Origin: Squalus acanthias
Taxonomy: Eukaryota
DNA length: 64,000 bases
NCBI GenBank assembly: GCA_030390025.1
Contig: CM059432.1
Span: 74,030,001-74,094,000 of the forward strand
Direction: 5' to 3'
In this document: positions 51,504-64,000 of the stretch, piece by piece
Position numbering within the stretch: the stretch's first letter is position 1
Layout of the letters: the number at the start of each line of letters is the position of its first letter
Notes under the pieces: model-generated
Told to the model about the DNA's origin: nothing
Database searches by the model: none
What the model saw: only the letters and a program-made list of their open reading frames with translations
Position numbers and translations under genes: made by a program

Positions 51504-54436
51504 GTGACTTGTAGAGGTGGTTAAGGCCCTATAATGGCATGCATATGGATATTTGGGTATTATTTGATTTGAAAGATAAATGGGATGGGGTGGAAGAAGG
51601 GAGTACTTATCGATTTATTAAAAAATCTGTCTCCTTGTAGGAGATACTTGCATTTCATTATTCTTTCTCTGCCTGCGCCCTTCCCTGTAGAGACTCTGAA
51701 TTTTGAGTGTCTCTCTTTTTTCTCAGAGCTGCTATAATGAATTGGATTCCATCTGTATCAGGAAGGGGCTTCATAAAAAAAAACCCCTGAAAATCAGATT
51801 ACCTCTTGTAGCCTGTTGAACACATTTTACTAATGACCCTTGGTTACAGAAGAGACCTTCCTCCCCCACCCCAACTGCATAAACATGACTAATTTCCTTC
51901 AATTTCTTTCTCTTTCTACCCCACCCTCTCTATCGTCTACCCTAGTGCAAGTTGGGCGGTGAGCTGCTGCACTGCACCTGACGGGCATGCAGCTGGGCCC
52001 AGAAATTTTTGGGCTCAGCTCATTTGCATGTCTTGGCTTTCACATGGGCATGAATGTTTCCCAGGAATGGACAAGTGCCATAGATCAGGACAGGGAACAT
52101 ATCCACTGTGGCAGTAGCATTAATTCCCACCAGCTTTCAAGGCCTTCTGCTAGCTGTCTGAAACAGTAGCCAGATGGCCTCCAGCCCCACTGTCCTTACT
52201 GTCCAATGCAATGCCTTTAACTTTCTGCAGGTAATTGGAGGTTGCTGGCAGCCCCTCTTCATATCTTCAATCTGTTAGTAAATTGAGATAGGCTCATGCA
52301 ATATGGACCACAAAGACACAAATTTGGATTCCTTCTGCCTTAAGGGCATAGAAAAGAGTGATCCAATAATTAGAACATAAGAACAGGAATAGGAGCAGGC
52401 CATTCGGTCCTCTGTTATTTAATGAGATCGTGGCTGATCTGATTTTGGCCTCAACTCCACTTTCCTGCCTGCTCCCCATAACCCTCGACTCCCCTGTTGC
52501 TCACAAATCTGTGTCTTAGCCTTGAATAAATTAAATGACTCCGCTTCCACAGCTCTCTGGGGTAAAGAATTCCAAAGATTCACGACCCTCAGAAGAAATT
52601 ACTTCTCATCTCCATCTTAAATGGGCGATCCCTTATTCTGAGACTCTGCCCCCTCGTTCTAGATTCCCCCACGAGGAGAAACATCCTCTCAGCATCTACC
52701 CTGTCCAACCCCCTCAGAATCTTATGTTTCAATAAGATCACCTCTTATTTTTCTAAACTCCAATGAGTTTAGGCTCAACCTTTGCTCATAAGACAACCCT
52801 TCCATCCAAGGAATCAACCTAGTGAACCTTCTCTGAACTGCCTCCAATGCAAGTATATCCCTCCTTAAATAAGGGGACCAAAACTGTACACAGTACTCTA
52901 GGTGTGGTCTCGCCAGCGCCCTGTACAGTTGTAGAAAGACTTCCTACTTTTATACACTCCCCCTTGAAATAAAGGCCAACATTCCATTTGCCTTCCTAAT
53001 TACTTGCTGCACCTGCATGTTAACTTTTTGTTTCATGTATGAGGACACCCAAATCCCTCTACTGCGTTCTGTAGTCTTCATTTAAATCATATTTTTCTTC
53101 CTACCAAAGTGAATAATTTCACATTTTTCCACATTATACTCCATCTGCCAAATTCTTGCCCACTCAACCTATTGAAATCCCTTTGTCCTCCTCACAACTT
53201 GCTTTCCCACCTATCTTTGTATCATCTGCAAATTTGGCTACAATACACTCGCTTCCTTCATCCAAGTCATTAATATAGATTGAAAATAATTGAGGCCCCA
53301 GCACTGATCCCTGTGGCACCCCACTAGTTACAGATTGCCATCCTGAAAATGACCCATTTATCCTGACTCTGTTAGTTAGCCAATCATCTATCCAATCTAA
53401 TATATTACCCCCAACACCACGAGCTCTTATCTTATGCAGCAACCTTTTATGTGGCACCTTGTCGAATGCCTTTTGGAAATCCAAATACACTACATCTACT
53501 GGTTCCCCTTTATCCACCCTTCTCGTTACCTCAAAGAACTCTAATAGATTTGTCAAACACTATTTCCCTTTCATAAAACCATGTTGACTGTTTTATTGTA
53601 TTATGATATTCTAAATGCCCTGCTGCTGCTTCCTTAATAATGGATTTGAGCATTTTGCTAATGACAGATGTTAGACTAACTGGCCTATAGTTTCCTGCTT
53701 TCTGTCTCCCTTTTTGAATAAGGGTGTTACATTTGCAGTTTTCCAATCTGCTGGAACTTTTCCAGAGTCAAGGGCATTTTGGAAGATTACAACCAATTCA
53801 TCCACTATCTCTAGCCACTTTTTAGACCCATAAGTTTGCCTAGCACTTTTTCTCTAGTGATAAGTTCCTCCCTCCTTTTTGCCCCTTGATTTTTTTCTAC
53901 TATTACTGGGATGTTTAGTGTCCTCTACTGTGAAGACAGATACAAAATATTTGTTCAATGCCTCTACCATTTCCTTGTTTCCCATTATTATTTCCCCAGT
54001 CTTGTCCTGTAAGGGACCAACGTTTATTTTAGCTACTCTTCCTTTCTTTATACTTTACTTTCAGTTTTTATATTTCTTGATAGTTTACTCTCGCTATTTT
54101 CTCTCTTGGTTTCTAAAATTTTCACAATCTTCTGGCCTACCACTAATCTTTGCAACATTGTATGCCTTTCAATTTGATACCATCCTTAACTTCCTTGGTT
54201 AGCCATGGTTGTTTCTCACCTTCAAACTGAATGTGGAATTCAGTCCTGTTATGATCAGTCTTCCCTAGAGGATCCTTTACTATGAGATCATTAATCCTGT
54301 TTCATTGCACATTACCAGATCTAAAATAGCCTGTTCCCTGGTCGGTTCCACAACTTATTGTTCCAAGAAACTGTCCTGAATACAATCTGAACTCTTCCTC
54401 AAGGCTGCTTTTGCCAATTTGATTTGTCCAATCTAT

Positions 54437-54883
54437 GGCAACACAGTGGCATAGTGGTTAGCACTGGTGCCTCACAGCACCAGAGACCCGGGTTCGAATC
54501 TGGCCTCGGGTGACTGTCTGTGTGGAGTTTGCACATTCTCCCCGTGTCTGCGTGGGTTTCCTCCGGGTGCTCCGGTTTCCTCCCACAGTCCAAAAATGTG
54601 CGGGTTAGGTTGATTTGGCTATGATAAATTGACCCTTAGTGTTAGGGGGGGATTAAATATGTGGGGTTACAGGGATAGGATGGGAGATGTTAGGGGGAAT
54701 TAAATACGTGGGGTTACGGGGATAGGGTGGGATATGTGTCAGTGCAGGCTCAATGGGGATTCTGTGTGGGAAAGCAGGGACAGGGTACTGGATTTGGATG
54801 ATCAGCCATGATCGTATTGAATGGTGGAGCAGGCTCGACGGGCCGAATGGCCTACTCCTGCTCCTAGTTTCTATGTTTCTATG
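54437..54883 (+). mobile_element. HE1-like V-SINE nested in the CR1 endonuclease region
   Basis: A box at 54447-54457, B box at 54491-54501, V domain and CR1-derived tail; very similar to the reverse complement of 7525-7957. Confidence 0.9.
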
Positions 54884-55518
54884 AAGATTAAAATTGTCCA
54901 CGATTATTGCAGTACCTTTCTTACAAGTCCCCATTAGTTCTTGATTTATACTCTTGTCCTATAGTGTAGCTACTGTTAGGGGGCCTATAGACTACTCCCA
55001 CCAGTGCCTTCTTTCCCATACTATTTATTACCTCCACCCAAATTGATTCTAGATCTGGAACTTCCAAACCAAGATCACTTCTCACTATTGTACTGCTCTC
55101 ATCCTTTATTAACAGAGCTACCCCACCTCCTTTTCCTTTCTGTCTATCCTTCTGAAATGTCAAATACCCCTGAATATTCAGTTCCCAGCCTTGGTCACAT
55201 TGCAACCACTTCTCTGATGGCTATCAGATCATACCCATTTATTTCTATTTGTGCCGTCAATTCAGCTATCTTGTTACAAATGCTGCGTGCATTTAGAAAA
55301 AGAGCCTTTAATTTTGTGTATCATTTTTCCCTACTCCGACCTTATTTGCTGGTGCACTCTTATGTTTGTACGCTCTGTCCCTTCCTGTCGCACTCTGGTT
55401 TTCATTGCCCATATCGGTACCCTGCACTATTGCCCTGTCTTTTCTCTCTTTCTAAATTTCCCCTCACTTGAACCCTCTCTTCCTTCCCTCCCCCCCCCCC
55501 CCCCCCCCCCGCAACTAT

Positions 55519-56463
55519 TTAGTTTACAGCCCTAATTATTCGATTCGCCAGGACACTGGTCCCAGCATGGTTCAAGTGAAGGCTGTCCCAACAGAAGAGC
55601 TCCCTCTTCCCAATACTGGTGCCAGTGCCCCATGAATCAAAATCCATTTCTCTCACACCAATCCTTGAGCCACGCATTCAACTCTCTGATCTTATTGACC
55701 CTATGCCAATTTGCTCGTGGCTCAGGTAGTAATCCAGAGGTTATTACCTTTGTGGTTCTGCTTTTTAATTTAGACCCTAGCTGCTCATACTCCCTCAGCA
55801 GAACCTCTTTCTTAGTCTTACCTATGTCGTTGGTTCCTACGTGGACCATGACAACTGGATCCTTCCCCCTCCCACTCTAAATTCCTCTCCAGCCCCGAGA
55901 AGATGTCCTTAACCCTGGCACCGGGCAGGCAACACAGCCTTTGGGACTCATGCTCTTGGCTGCAGAGAACAGTATCTATCCCCCTAACTATACTGTCGTC
56001 TACCACTATGACATTCCTTTTTACACTCCCCACTTGAATGGCCCCCTGTACCATGGTGCTGTGGTCAGTTTGCTCATCCTCCCTGCAGTCTCTGCTCTCG
56101 TCCACACAGGTTGCAAGAACCTCGTAACTGTTGGACAAGTGCAAGGGCTGAGGCTCCTCCAATGCTACCGCCTGGATCCCCATACCTGCCTCACTCGCAG
56201 TCACACCCTCCTGTCCCTGACCACGGGCCAAATCCAAAGTATTTAACCCAAGGGGTGTGTGACTGCCTCCTGGAACAAAATGTCCAGGTAACTTTCTCCT
56301 TCCCTGATGTATCGCAATGTCTGCAGCTCGGACTCCGGCTTATCAACTCTGAGCCGCAGTTCCTCGAGCTGCAGACACTTTTGCATATGTGGTCGCCCTG
56401 GATCACACTGGTGTCCACCAGCTCCCACATGCTACAGCTGCAACACATCACCTGCCCTGCCAT
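55519..56463 (-). pseudogene. CR1 ORF1 (zinc finger, coiled coil, SGNH esterase), frameshifted
   Basis: MAGQVMCCSCSMWE...HICK, LEELRLRVDKPESELQ, IVVDDSIVRG, VHVGTNDIG. Confidence 0.85.
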
Positions 56464-56720
56464 CTCTAGTATTTTATTTAATAAATTACATCTATCAATC
56501 AATTGTCTATTTATAGTTTTAATCCAGGTAAACTAGGTAATCTTAATTTATTAAAATAAGTTTAGTTCGTTATAAATTGTTATATGCTATAGGTCTTTCC
56601 TGTAACTTAGCCCTCAGTCCAAAGAGAAAAGAAATACTCACCATCAATGACCTACATGCTTACCTGTGACGTCACACTTTGATTTTGTTATTGAATCGGA
56701 GCCTCGCTGCTCCTCCCCCG

Positions 56721-56926
56721 CTGGCTCTGCTCTCTGGCCTCCTCGCCGCGCTCTTTATTCTGCTTCTGCGCAGGTCTGCTGGCTCTGCTCTCAGGCCTCC
56801 TCTCGCTGTGCTCTTTATTCTGCTGCTGCTCCAGTTCCGCCCAGGTCCACTGGCTCTGCTTTCAGGCCTCCTCTCGCCGTGCGCTTTATTCTGCTCCTGC
56901 TGCCGCTCCGGTTCCGCCCAGGTCTG
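56721..56926. repeat. Three imperfect 58-77 bp GC-rich tandem units in the CR1 5' UTR
   Basis: The unit ctggctctgct...ggcctcct...ctttattctgct...caggtc appears three times. Confidence 0.85.
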
Positions 56927-57594
56927 CTAACCCCAATGTATGTTAAGTACTACTCAGATATCCCAAAAAACTGAAAGGAAGGTGCATTCATTTGGGCAAT
57001 TTCCAGTTGAAGTTCCAGTTTTCCAGAGTAATCATGAAACCGCACTAGAGGCTGATCTGACCGAACTGAGGCTGAAATGGCAGCCATATGAACACAGTTG
57101 GAGCTGGATATTAGCTGCAGGTGAATGAGCTGTTTCATCTATTCAAGAATAAACATTACACCACAAGAGAGAGGACTAATGTTCTTAGAGCAGCAACCGT
57201 GTACAAATTTATTTGATTTAATAGTTATAAATCTGAGTTGGTGACATTAAGCCCTAGTCTAATATTTTTTGACAATCTGGCTCTCTTAAATCCAGGTGCA
57301 TAATCTGGTCCAACAGTTGAGAGCAGTCTCTCCTTTGGGAAGTTGAGATCAGGCACAAACAGGCAGTGTGTTGACCGAAATGGTATTTAGATGTATGGTA
57401 AGTAGCCTTATGGGTGTGACTGGGAACATTATCTTGGATGCTAATTGGACATTAGTACCAGATGATGCAGATTGAAGTGTTAACCTGCAGTTTGAGGAGC
57501 TCTGCTGGAAGATGCGACAGAATCGGCATTGCCTCGTCAGATTTCTTTTTTTCCCCCTCTCTCTCCTGCAGGATGTCTTGTCGCCTGTAAAAAA

Positions 57595-58130
57595 CCAATT
57601 CCCTTTTGAAAGCCACTATTGAATCTGCCTCTACCACCCTCTCAGGCAGTGCATTCCAGATCATAACCACTCGCTGCATAAAAGTTTTCCCTCATGTCGC
57701 CTTTGGTTCTTCTGCCAGTCACCTTAAATCGGTCTTCTGGTTCTCGACCCTTCTGCCAATGGGTACAGTTTCTCTCTATCTACTCTGTCTAAATTCCATG
57801 ATTTTGAACACCTCTATCAAATCTCCTCTCAACCTTTTCTGCTCTAAGGAGAACAATCCCATCTTCTCCAGTCTATCCATGTAACTGGAGTCCCTCATCC
57901 CTGGAACCATTCTTGTAAATCTTTTCTTCACCTTCACATCCTTCCTAAAGTGTGGTGCCCTGAATTGGACACAATACTCCAGTTGCGGTCAGACCAGTGT
58001 TTTATGAAGGCCCATCATAACTTCCTTGCTTTTGTACTCTATATAGCTCAATTTATGAAGCCCAAGATCCCGTATGCTTTTTTAACCACTTTCTCAACCT
58101 GCCCTGCCACCTTCAACGATTTGTGCACTT
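57595..58130 (-). mobile_element. CR1 family A fragment
   Basis: Reverse complement is colinear with 24890-25435. Confidence 0.85.
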
Positions 58131-58199
58131 ACATCTGGTTAATGGAGAGTAGAGTATTATGGAGAAACCGGCAGGCCCTTACCCCCAGCAGTACTGATC

Positions 58200-58839
58200 A
58201 CATATCCGTGGCTTAACTAAAACTGCCTATTTCCACCTCCGTAACATTGTCCGTCTTCGCCCTTGCCTCAGCTCATCCACTGCTGATACCCTCACCCATG
58301 CTTTTGTTACCTCTAGACTTGACTATTCTAACGCACTCCTGGCTGGCCATCCACTTTCTACCCTACGTAAACTGAGGTCATCCAAAACTCGGCTGCCTGT
58401 GACTTATCTAGCACCAAGCCCTGTTCACCCATCACCCCTGTGCTCGCTGACCTACATTGGTTCCCGGTTAAGCAACGCCTTGATTTCAAAATTCTCAACC
58501 CCTCCCTATCTCTAATCTCCTCCAGCCCCACAATTCCTTGAGATATCTGCGCTGTTCTAATTCTGCCCGCTTGGGCATCCCTGATTATAATCGCTCAACC
58601 ATTGGTCGCCGTGCCTTCTGTTGCCTAGGCCCTAAGCTCTGGAATTCCCTGCTTAAACCTGTCCGCCTCTCTCTCTCCCTCCTTTTAAGACGCTCCTTAA
58701 AACCTACCTCTTTGACCAAGCTTTTGGTCATCTGCCTAATTTCTTATGTGGCTCGGTGTCAATTTTTTGTCTTGTAACACTTCTGTGAAGCGCCTTGGGA
58801 TGTTTTACTACGTTCAAGGTGCTATATAAATACAAGTTG
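58200..58839 (+). mobile_element. L2 LINE 3' end
   Basis: TKTAYFHLRNIVRLRPCLSSSTADTLTHAFVTSRLDYSNALLAG and HWFPVKQRLDFKIL; tail gtgaagcgccttgggatg...ctatataaatacaagttg. Confidence 0.88.
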
Positions 58840-58929
58840 AGTGCTGAGCCTTGAGGTAGAAGCCCAGGTCGTGAGTACTGTAATATGCTGCCATGTACTA
58901 GCTTCAAATAAATTAATTGTTTTCTCAGT

Positions 58930-59250
58930 CTAGGTTTAAGAGGAATCTAATAAAGGGTTTTCAAAATTATGAATGGTTTTGAAAGGGTAAATAGTGAAAG
59001 ATTGATTGGTGAATTGGTAACCATCATAATTAGTATGAAAGACAAAGATAGAAATGTTTTTACACAGGGTTGTTGGAACATAGGGTGCTTTCTCAAGTGG
59101 CTATTGCTTAGAAGGAAATTGGATAAGTATTTGAAAAGGAATGAATACAAAATCATATGGGTCAAGGAAATGAAATTAGGATAGCTCCAGTTGAAAGGTT
59201 AGCACAATGGAGCAAATAGTCTCCATCACTGCTATCTTTTCTATGATTTA
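58930..59250 (+). mobile_element. Old CR1 3' remnant
   Basis: FKIMNGFERVNSE...FTQGCWN...LDKYL-like text. Confidence 0.55.
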
Positions 59251-62200
59251 ATTTATTTTATAGCTCAAATTAAAGTTGAATGGACAGACTAGGGTTCTAG
59301 AGGAATGAGTTTTTATGGGCTGAATACCTTTGGTTGGCAGCTGCAGGGACTGTTGCATGGTGGTTGTTTTGGGCACGAGGTGAGGGGTGGTGATAATGGG
59401 TAGGATTTTTAGAAAGTTTTTTGTAAAGCATTCTCGGATGCAGTAATTTTTTTGTAAAGAGCTGTGACCTGTTGAATTAAATAAAGTGACTAATGAGGTT
59501 AATGAACTGTCAATCTATATTGGTTTATGTTAGGAAATAAAATAGCATCTCATGATTTCTATACCAAATCTCATAATTATGAGACAGTGGAGTTGGCAAT
59601 AGTGTCTGAGAACATTTATCTCGGGCTTGAATCTGATGAGGATTGTGGTTATGTTGGAATAATATATTTCTTTTTGATGACATCAGAGATTTGAAGAGAC
59701 CAAATTGAGGATGAAACATTCGGTAAACATTTTTAGAATTTGCAAGATTTCAAAACTCAGTGCCATGATAAAGTTAACACTTGTAAACAAATTAATGGGA
59801 CAGGAATGTAGATGGTCACATGGGGTCTTTGACTTTGTGATGTCACAATGTATTCAAGGGAGAATGTGCCTCGTGATTATATTCCCTATTCTGCCACCCC
59901 CACAATAGAACCGTGGGCTGATGCCTGACAACACCAACAAATATGTGGATGTGATTCCTTTCCTAGTTTGGCACTTTTTGCTGATTTAATTGTTTCTCCA
60001 TAACTTGATTCTGGAAGGGAAGGCCTAAGCAAACCCACTTCTCTTAAACCTGAAATGGGTAAATCGCCTGACCTAATCATCCAAGCTACTTGATTAATCT
60101 TAATGGTGACAAACCATTGTAGCTGGTCTTTGAGACAAGAACTTCAGTTCTATCAACAATAAAACAGAAGGCCTTTCCTTGTTTTTATTCTATTGTAATT
60201 TATCAATTTTAATTGACAAATGTATCATTTTGAAGAGTTTAGTTAAATCTATTTCATATATACTGCAGTAGCAGATGAGCAGTTGATGGGTTTTCCAGAA
60301 TGGTAGGACCACTTGCTACAGGTGTTTTTTTTTACAAAACCAAAAACATATGCTCACTTCTAAAGTTTTTGGGTGGCGCTCTTTCTGTTCTTAGTGAAAG
60401 ATAATGTGATTTACCAGAGACGTTTTGTACTTGAAATGTTTTGAACAAACTTTGTCCTTTGCAGTTTTTAATTCATGAACATTATTTAAGTGCATAGCTG
60501 GGAGTTCCATAGTAATATCTGCATAAATTCTTCAGTACCTACATCAGTTAAAGCTGCTTTTACAGTTGTTTAGTTCAGATTACAGGAGTGCAGTGTCCCT
60601 CATTTACACTAAATCTGAATTATCAGCCTTGCAGCAGAATCATGGAACCGTAATCTCTTTTATATTAAAAAAAAACTAGTTCTACCAACAGAATAAATGC
60701 TAGATTTAGTTTAAGTGCAGGGAGTTGGCTCATGAATGTTGGTCTCCTAGAATCCAATCTAAATAGACTCCAATATAAAAGCTGTTCACAGTACACACCA
60801 GAAAGTTGCCTATTCTGACCCCCTTGGCTCTTTCTAACTAATGAATAAAATAATCCTTTGATTTTAGTAATACTGTATTGTAATGTTATTTTGAACACTT
60901 GGTATAATAGCCCTGTTTATTTGAACAAAATCAATAACATTTTTACATAACTTTTCAGTTGTAAAGCTTCTACTGCTCCTATCAACCTGGCCAGAACAGT
61001 TAAAAGAACAATACATTGTACAGTAGACCTCAAATACCATCTTGAAAGCCATGATGTCTGAAAAGAGTTAAGATATTAGTGATGGTTTTTAAAAGGAAGT
61101 ACACCATCTTGGGTCATGGTACATTTAGAAGCTCACAAAAGGTGTCTATTTTGTGAACAGTATTGTGCAAAAATGTTTTTCTAACTGACATTTTATGTAC
61201 AGTTTTAAAGAGAAATGCGTCTTTGGTAATCTTGCACAAGAGTCATCTTCTTTGCTAGCTGACAACGGTTGAGGTTTTGTTGTGTTGTCAGAAGCCACTA
61301 GCCCTTGTTACTTGTTACCTGGCTAAGTGCCAAGCTTGTGCTTCCTGATATCTCAAAAGGTTGCTACTAGCCCAGATGGGTGAAACCAATGAGCCATAGG
61401 GCATGTATTCAATAAAAGAGGAGTTAGCATGAACTTAAACCACATCATCTGGTGTAAATACAAAACTGCTGCCAGAAACCCCAAGGCTAATGTAAAAATG
61501 GAATGACTGCCAAGCATTAGAAAAACCTGAGATTTATCATCGTGTACTTTTCTTCTAAGTAAACTTTATTGTGTTCACCATGACTTTTACAAAAAAAATA
61601 GGTTCAAGGTGTAACTACTTGAGCTAGTAAGTGTTGAGATAAGTCTGTGTTTGATGAATGAAAGTGCTCTGTGTACACGCGTGTGGGTTCTTGGCAAACT
61701 GCCATGTCTTTGGGGAGTGTTGAGATTATTGATGACATAGAACACTCGTACTCTTGGCATGTACAGCTGATTCAAACTGGCAAAAGAATTGGTGCCTAGA
61801 GGATCAGTGTTTTTATATTCTGCTCACTTACACAATAGGGAATTATTTATGTGGCACACCTGTTTAGCACAAGTTATATACTGCCTATTGTAGGTCATTT
61901 TCAAAAGCTTTCTGGTTCTTTATTTTATTAGGGATATAAAACTGTATTTGTGTAATTGTATTATATATTGTGGATAACAGTAGCTGGATTATTTAAGTCC
62001 AAACGATCAAAGCAAGCTCAAATAGAGTTGTACTTTTTCAGTGTGTAAGCTGGATTTTAAATTTTGGGGGTTTCACATGTTCAAAAATTAAACACCATTT
62101 TCTTGCTATAGTTTTTTTAAATGTTTCCCTTCCTTGACATGTTGACTCATGTCTGTGTAGAGTTCCATGGTGGCCAGGTCCTTGTAGTTTTCATATGAAT

Positions 62201-62579
62201 CTAAACAGTAGGCTATTTGACCAGGAGAGCAGCAAAACAGAGCCTTTTTGTGTACTCACCCAATGGCAACATTCACCTTTTTTCTGGCAGGAGTTACCAA
62301 ATGGCAACCTGGAACTGTAACTCTGGCTGCTTCTCTTTCTCCCCCACCCCGAGGGTTCTGAGGACAGAAGTCAAACCTGGGACCTTCCTGGTCTGGGTGA
62401 CTCAGTTCCACACTAGATATTATGCATATAGTATCAATTGACCCATTTGTACAGCTCTAAGAAGTTGGAATCATGTAAGTAAACATCTTGAGGGTTGAAA
62501 ATATTAAAAGCAAAATCTCCAAGCTTGTAGATAGTAAAATTGGAAGTGGAGCATTGCAAGCAGATTTTGAAAGAATTTG

Positions 62580-63170
62580 GAACTTTTAGGAAAGTGGGCC
62601 AGTAGAAATACCAAATGCAGTTTAATGTAGATGAATAATGTGAAGGCAAGGAACTGGAATGACTTTGAATGGAACAGTAATGCCGCATACTGATGAGGAA
62701 GGAGATTTGTTTTGGGAAAATTGTTGAAGCCATCAGCGCATTATGTGGCTGCAGTGATGGAAAACAGAAGGTAAAGTAATGGTGTATTAGCAGAAGGATA
62801 GAATATATATCAGTGGTACTATTGGGTCCTTGTTGGACCCTATAAGGAGTAGCATTTATGTATTGATTATCATATGATAGAAATTATATTATTGCTCTTG
62901 TGAGTAAATGCAGTGCAACAAGATTATTTCAGGGCTCTGGAATCTGTTGGGAGGAAAATCTTAAAATCCAGGTGGTTCTTATTGAGACCTCAAGGTGATT
63001 TAATAGAAGTGTTGAAAATTTATGTAGATTGACAAAATTGATCTAAATCTTCACAGTAATTAAGGGTTCCGAACCAGGCAATAAATTAAAAATTAGGATT
63101 AAGTAGGGAATTTGGATTAGATGATTGATACAAAGAATAATAAACATGGAACAAGTTACCAGAGCTAAGC
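62580..63170 (+). mobile_element. Very old CR1 RT C-terminal remnant
   Basis: caaatgcagtttaatgtagat (MQFNVD) and ggtgatttaatagaagtgttgaaaatt (GDLIEVLKI). Confidence 0.5.
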
Positions 63171-63281
63171 TGTTGGGCCAAAGAGCTTTTTTCTCAAGTT
63201 TGTATCCCTAACTTTATCTTCTACAATCTGGTGCTGTAGCAATAAGAGCATTCGATTCACAATCAAATGGTTAGAGTTTAA

Positions 63282-63810
63282 TACAAAAGCAAAATACTGC
63301 GGATGCTGGAAATCTCAAATGAAAACAGAAAATGCTGGAAATACTCAGCAGGTCAGGCAGCATCTGTGGAGAGAGAAACAGAGTTAACGTTTCAGGTCGA
63401 TGATGCTTTGTCAGAACTGGAAAAAGCTGGAGATGTAACTGGTTTTTAAGCAAATGCAGGGAAAGGGGGGAGGGGAGGAAAGAACAAAAGGGAAGGTCTA
63501 TGATAGGATGGAAGGCAGGAGAGATTGAGACAAAAGGGATGCGATGGTAATGGGACAAGTTAAGAAACAAAAGATGGCTCTAGATTAAGTGTAAATGGCA
63601 CTGGCAGAATGAAAGACAACTGCCATGTGAAGGGGGAAAAAAAGATAGGGGCAGAGGTTATGGTCTGAAATTGTTGAACTCTATGTTGAGTCCAGAAGGC
63701 TGTAAAGTGCCTAATCGAAAGATGAGGTGCTGTTCCTTGAGCTTCATTGAAACAGTGCAAGAGGCCGAGGACGGTGAGGTCTGAGTGGAGCGGAGAATTA
63801 AAGTGACCGG
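63282..63810 (-). mobile_element. Penelope-like element 3' portion (GIY-YIG endonuclease C-terminus plus terminal repeat)
   Basis: GHFNSPLHSDLTVLGLLHC and KEQHLIFRLGTLQPSGLNIEFNNFRP* across a frameshift, followed by a hammerhead-like motif. Confidence 0.8.
63381..63420 (-). ncRNA. Degenerate minimal hammerhead ribozyme-like motif
   Basis: Minus strand CCAGUU CUGACAA AGCAUCAUCGACCU GAAA CG UU AACUC; stem II partly disrupted. Confidence 0.55.
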
Positions 63811-64000
63811 GTTAGAGTTTAATCTTTGGCATTGCCAGTAGTTAAAATGTCTTTGCTCACCCTCCCTCCTATCTGGCACTCTTTTTAGTTCAAGCAAAAC
63901 TAAACAGCCTTGGGAAAGGGTAGAATATAAGGTATGTTGGCCACCATCTTCATGAACTGCCTGGGAAAATAATTCCAATATGTGAAATACTTCCAGATAC

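Larger units (their letters stand above)
52372..56926 (-). mobile_element. Near full-length CR1 family B with 5' UTR tandem repeats
   Basis: Tail; RT VYLDFQKAFDKVPH...GVPQGSVLGP...KFADDTK (53164-53556); endonuclease GGGVALL...GVVYRPP; ORF1; 5' UTR. Confidence 0.92.

Noticed and set aside
54437..54510. tRNA gene (also 7885-7957 and 38150-38219)
   Set aside because: The A/B boxes run straight into SINE bodies, so these are SINE heads.
56721..56926. CRISPR-like or regularly spaced array
   Set aside because: These are imperfect tandem units without unique spacers, inside a LINE 5' UTR in vertebrate DNA; no cas genes are present.

Overview
This is eukaryotic vertebrate genomic DNA, most likely a shark or other elasmobranch, judging by HE1/V-SINE-like and DeuSINE-like SINEs and abundant CR1 LINEs. 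The whole window lies inside the RAB2A gene on the + strand. It holds three short coding exons (703-795, 13120-13231, 48499-48567; 93, 112 and 69 bp, matching human exons 5-7) with canonical AG/GT sites, and introns of 12.3 kb, 35.3 kb and >15.4 kb. The introns are filled with decayed transposons. These include several CR1-clade LINE families, some with a zinc-finger/coiled-coil/SGNH-esterase ORF1 and often nested several layers deep, a second LINE family with no visible ORF1 and a SINE-like 5' segment, L2 fragments, V-SINEs, DeuSINEs, Penelope-like fragments with minimal hammerhead ribozyme motifs, and Harbinger-like and hAT-like MITEs. No intact autonomous element, prokaryotic system or CRISPR array is present, and I see no convincing wholly new system. 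The best leads are the hammerhead motifs, the SINE-headed LINE, the nested insertion stack and the inverted-repeat pairs around exons. Repeat boundaries were read by eye and are approximate; family names come from recalled motifs, not database searches.
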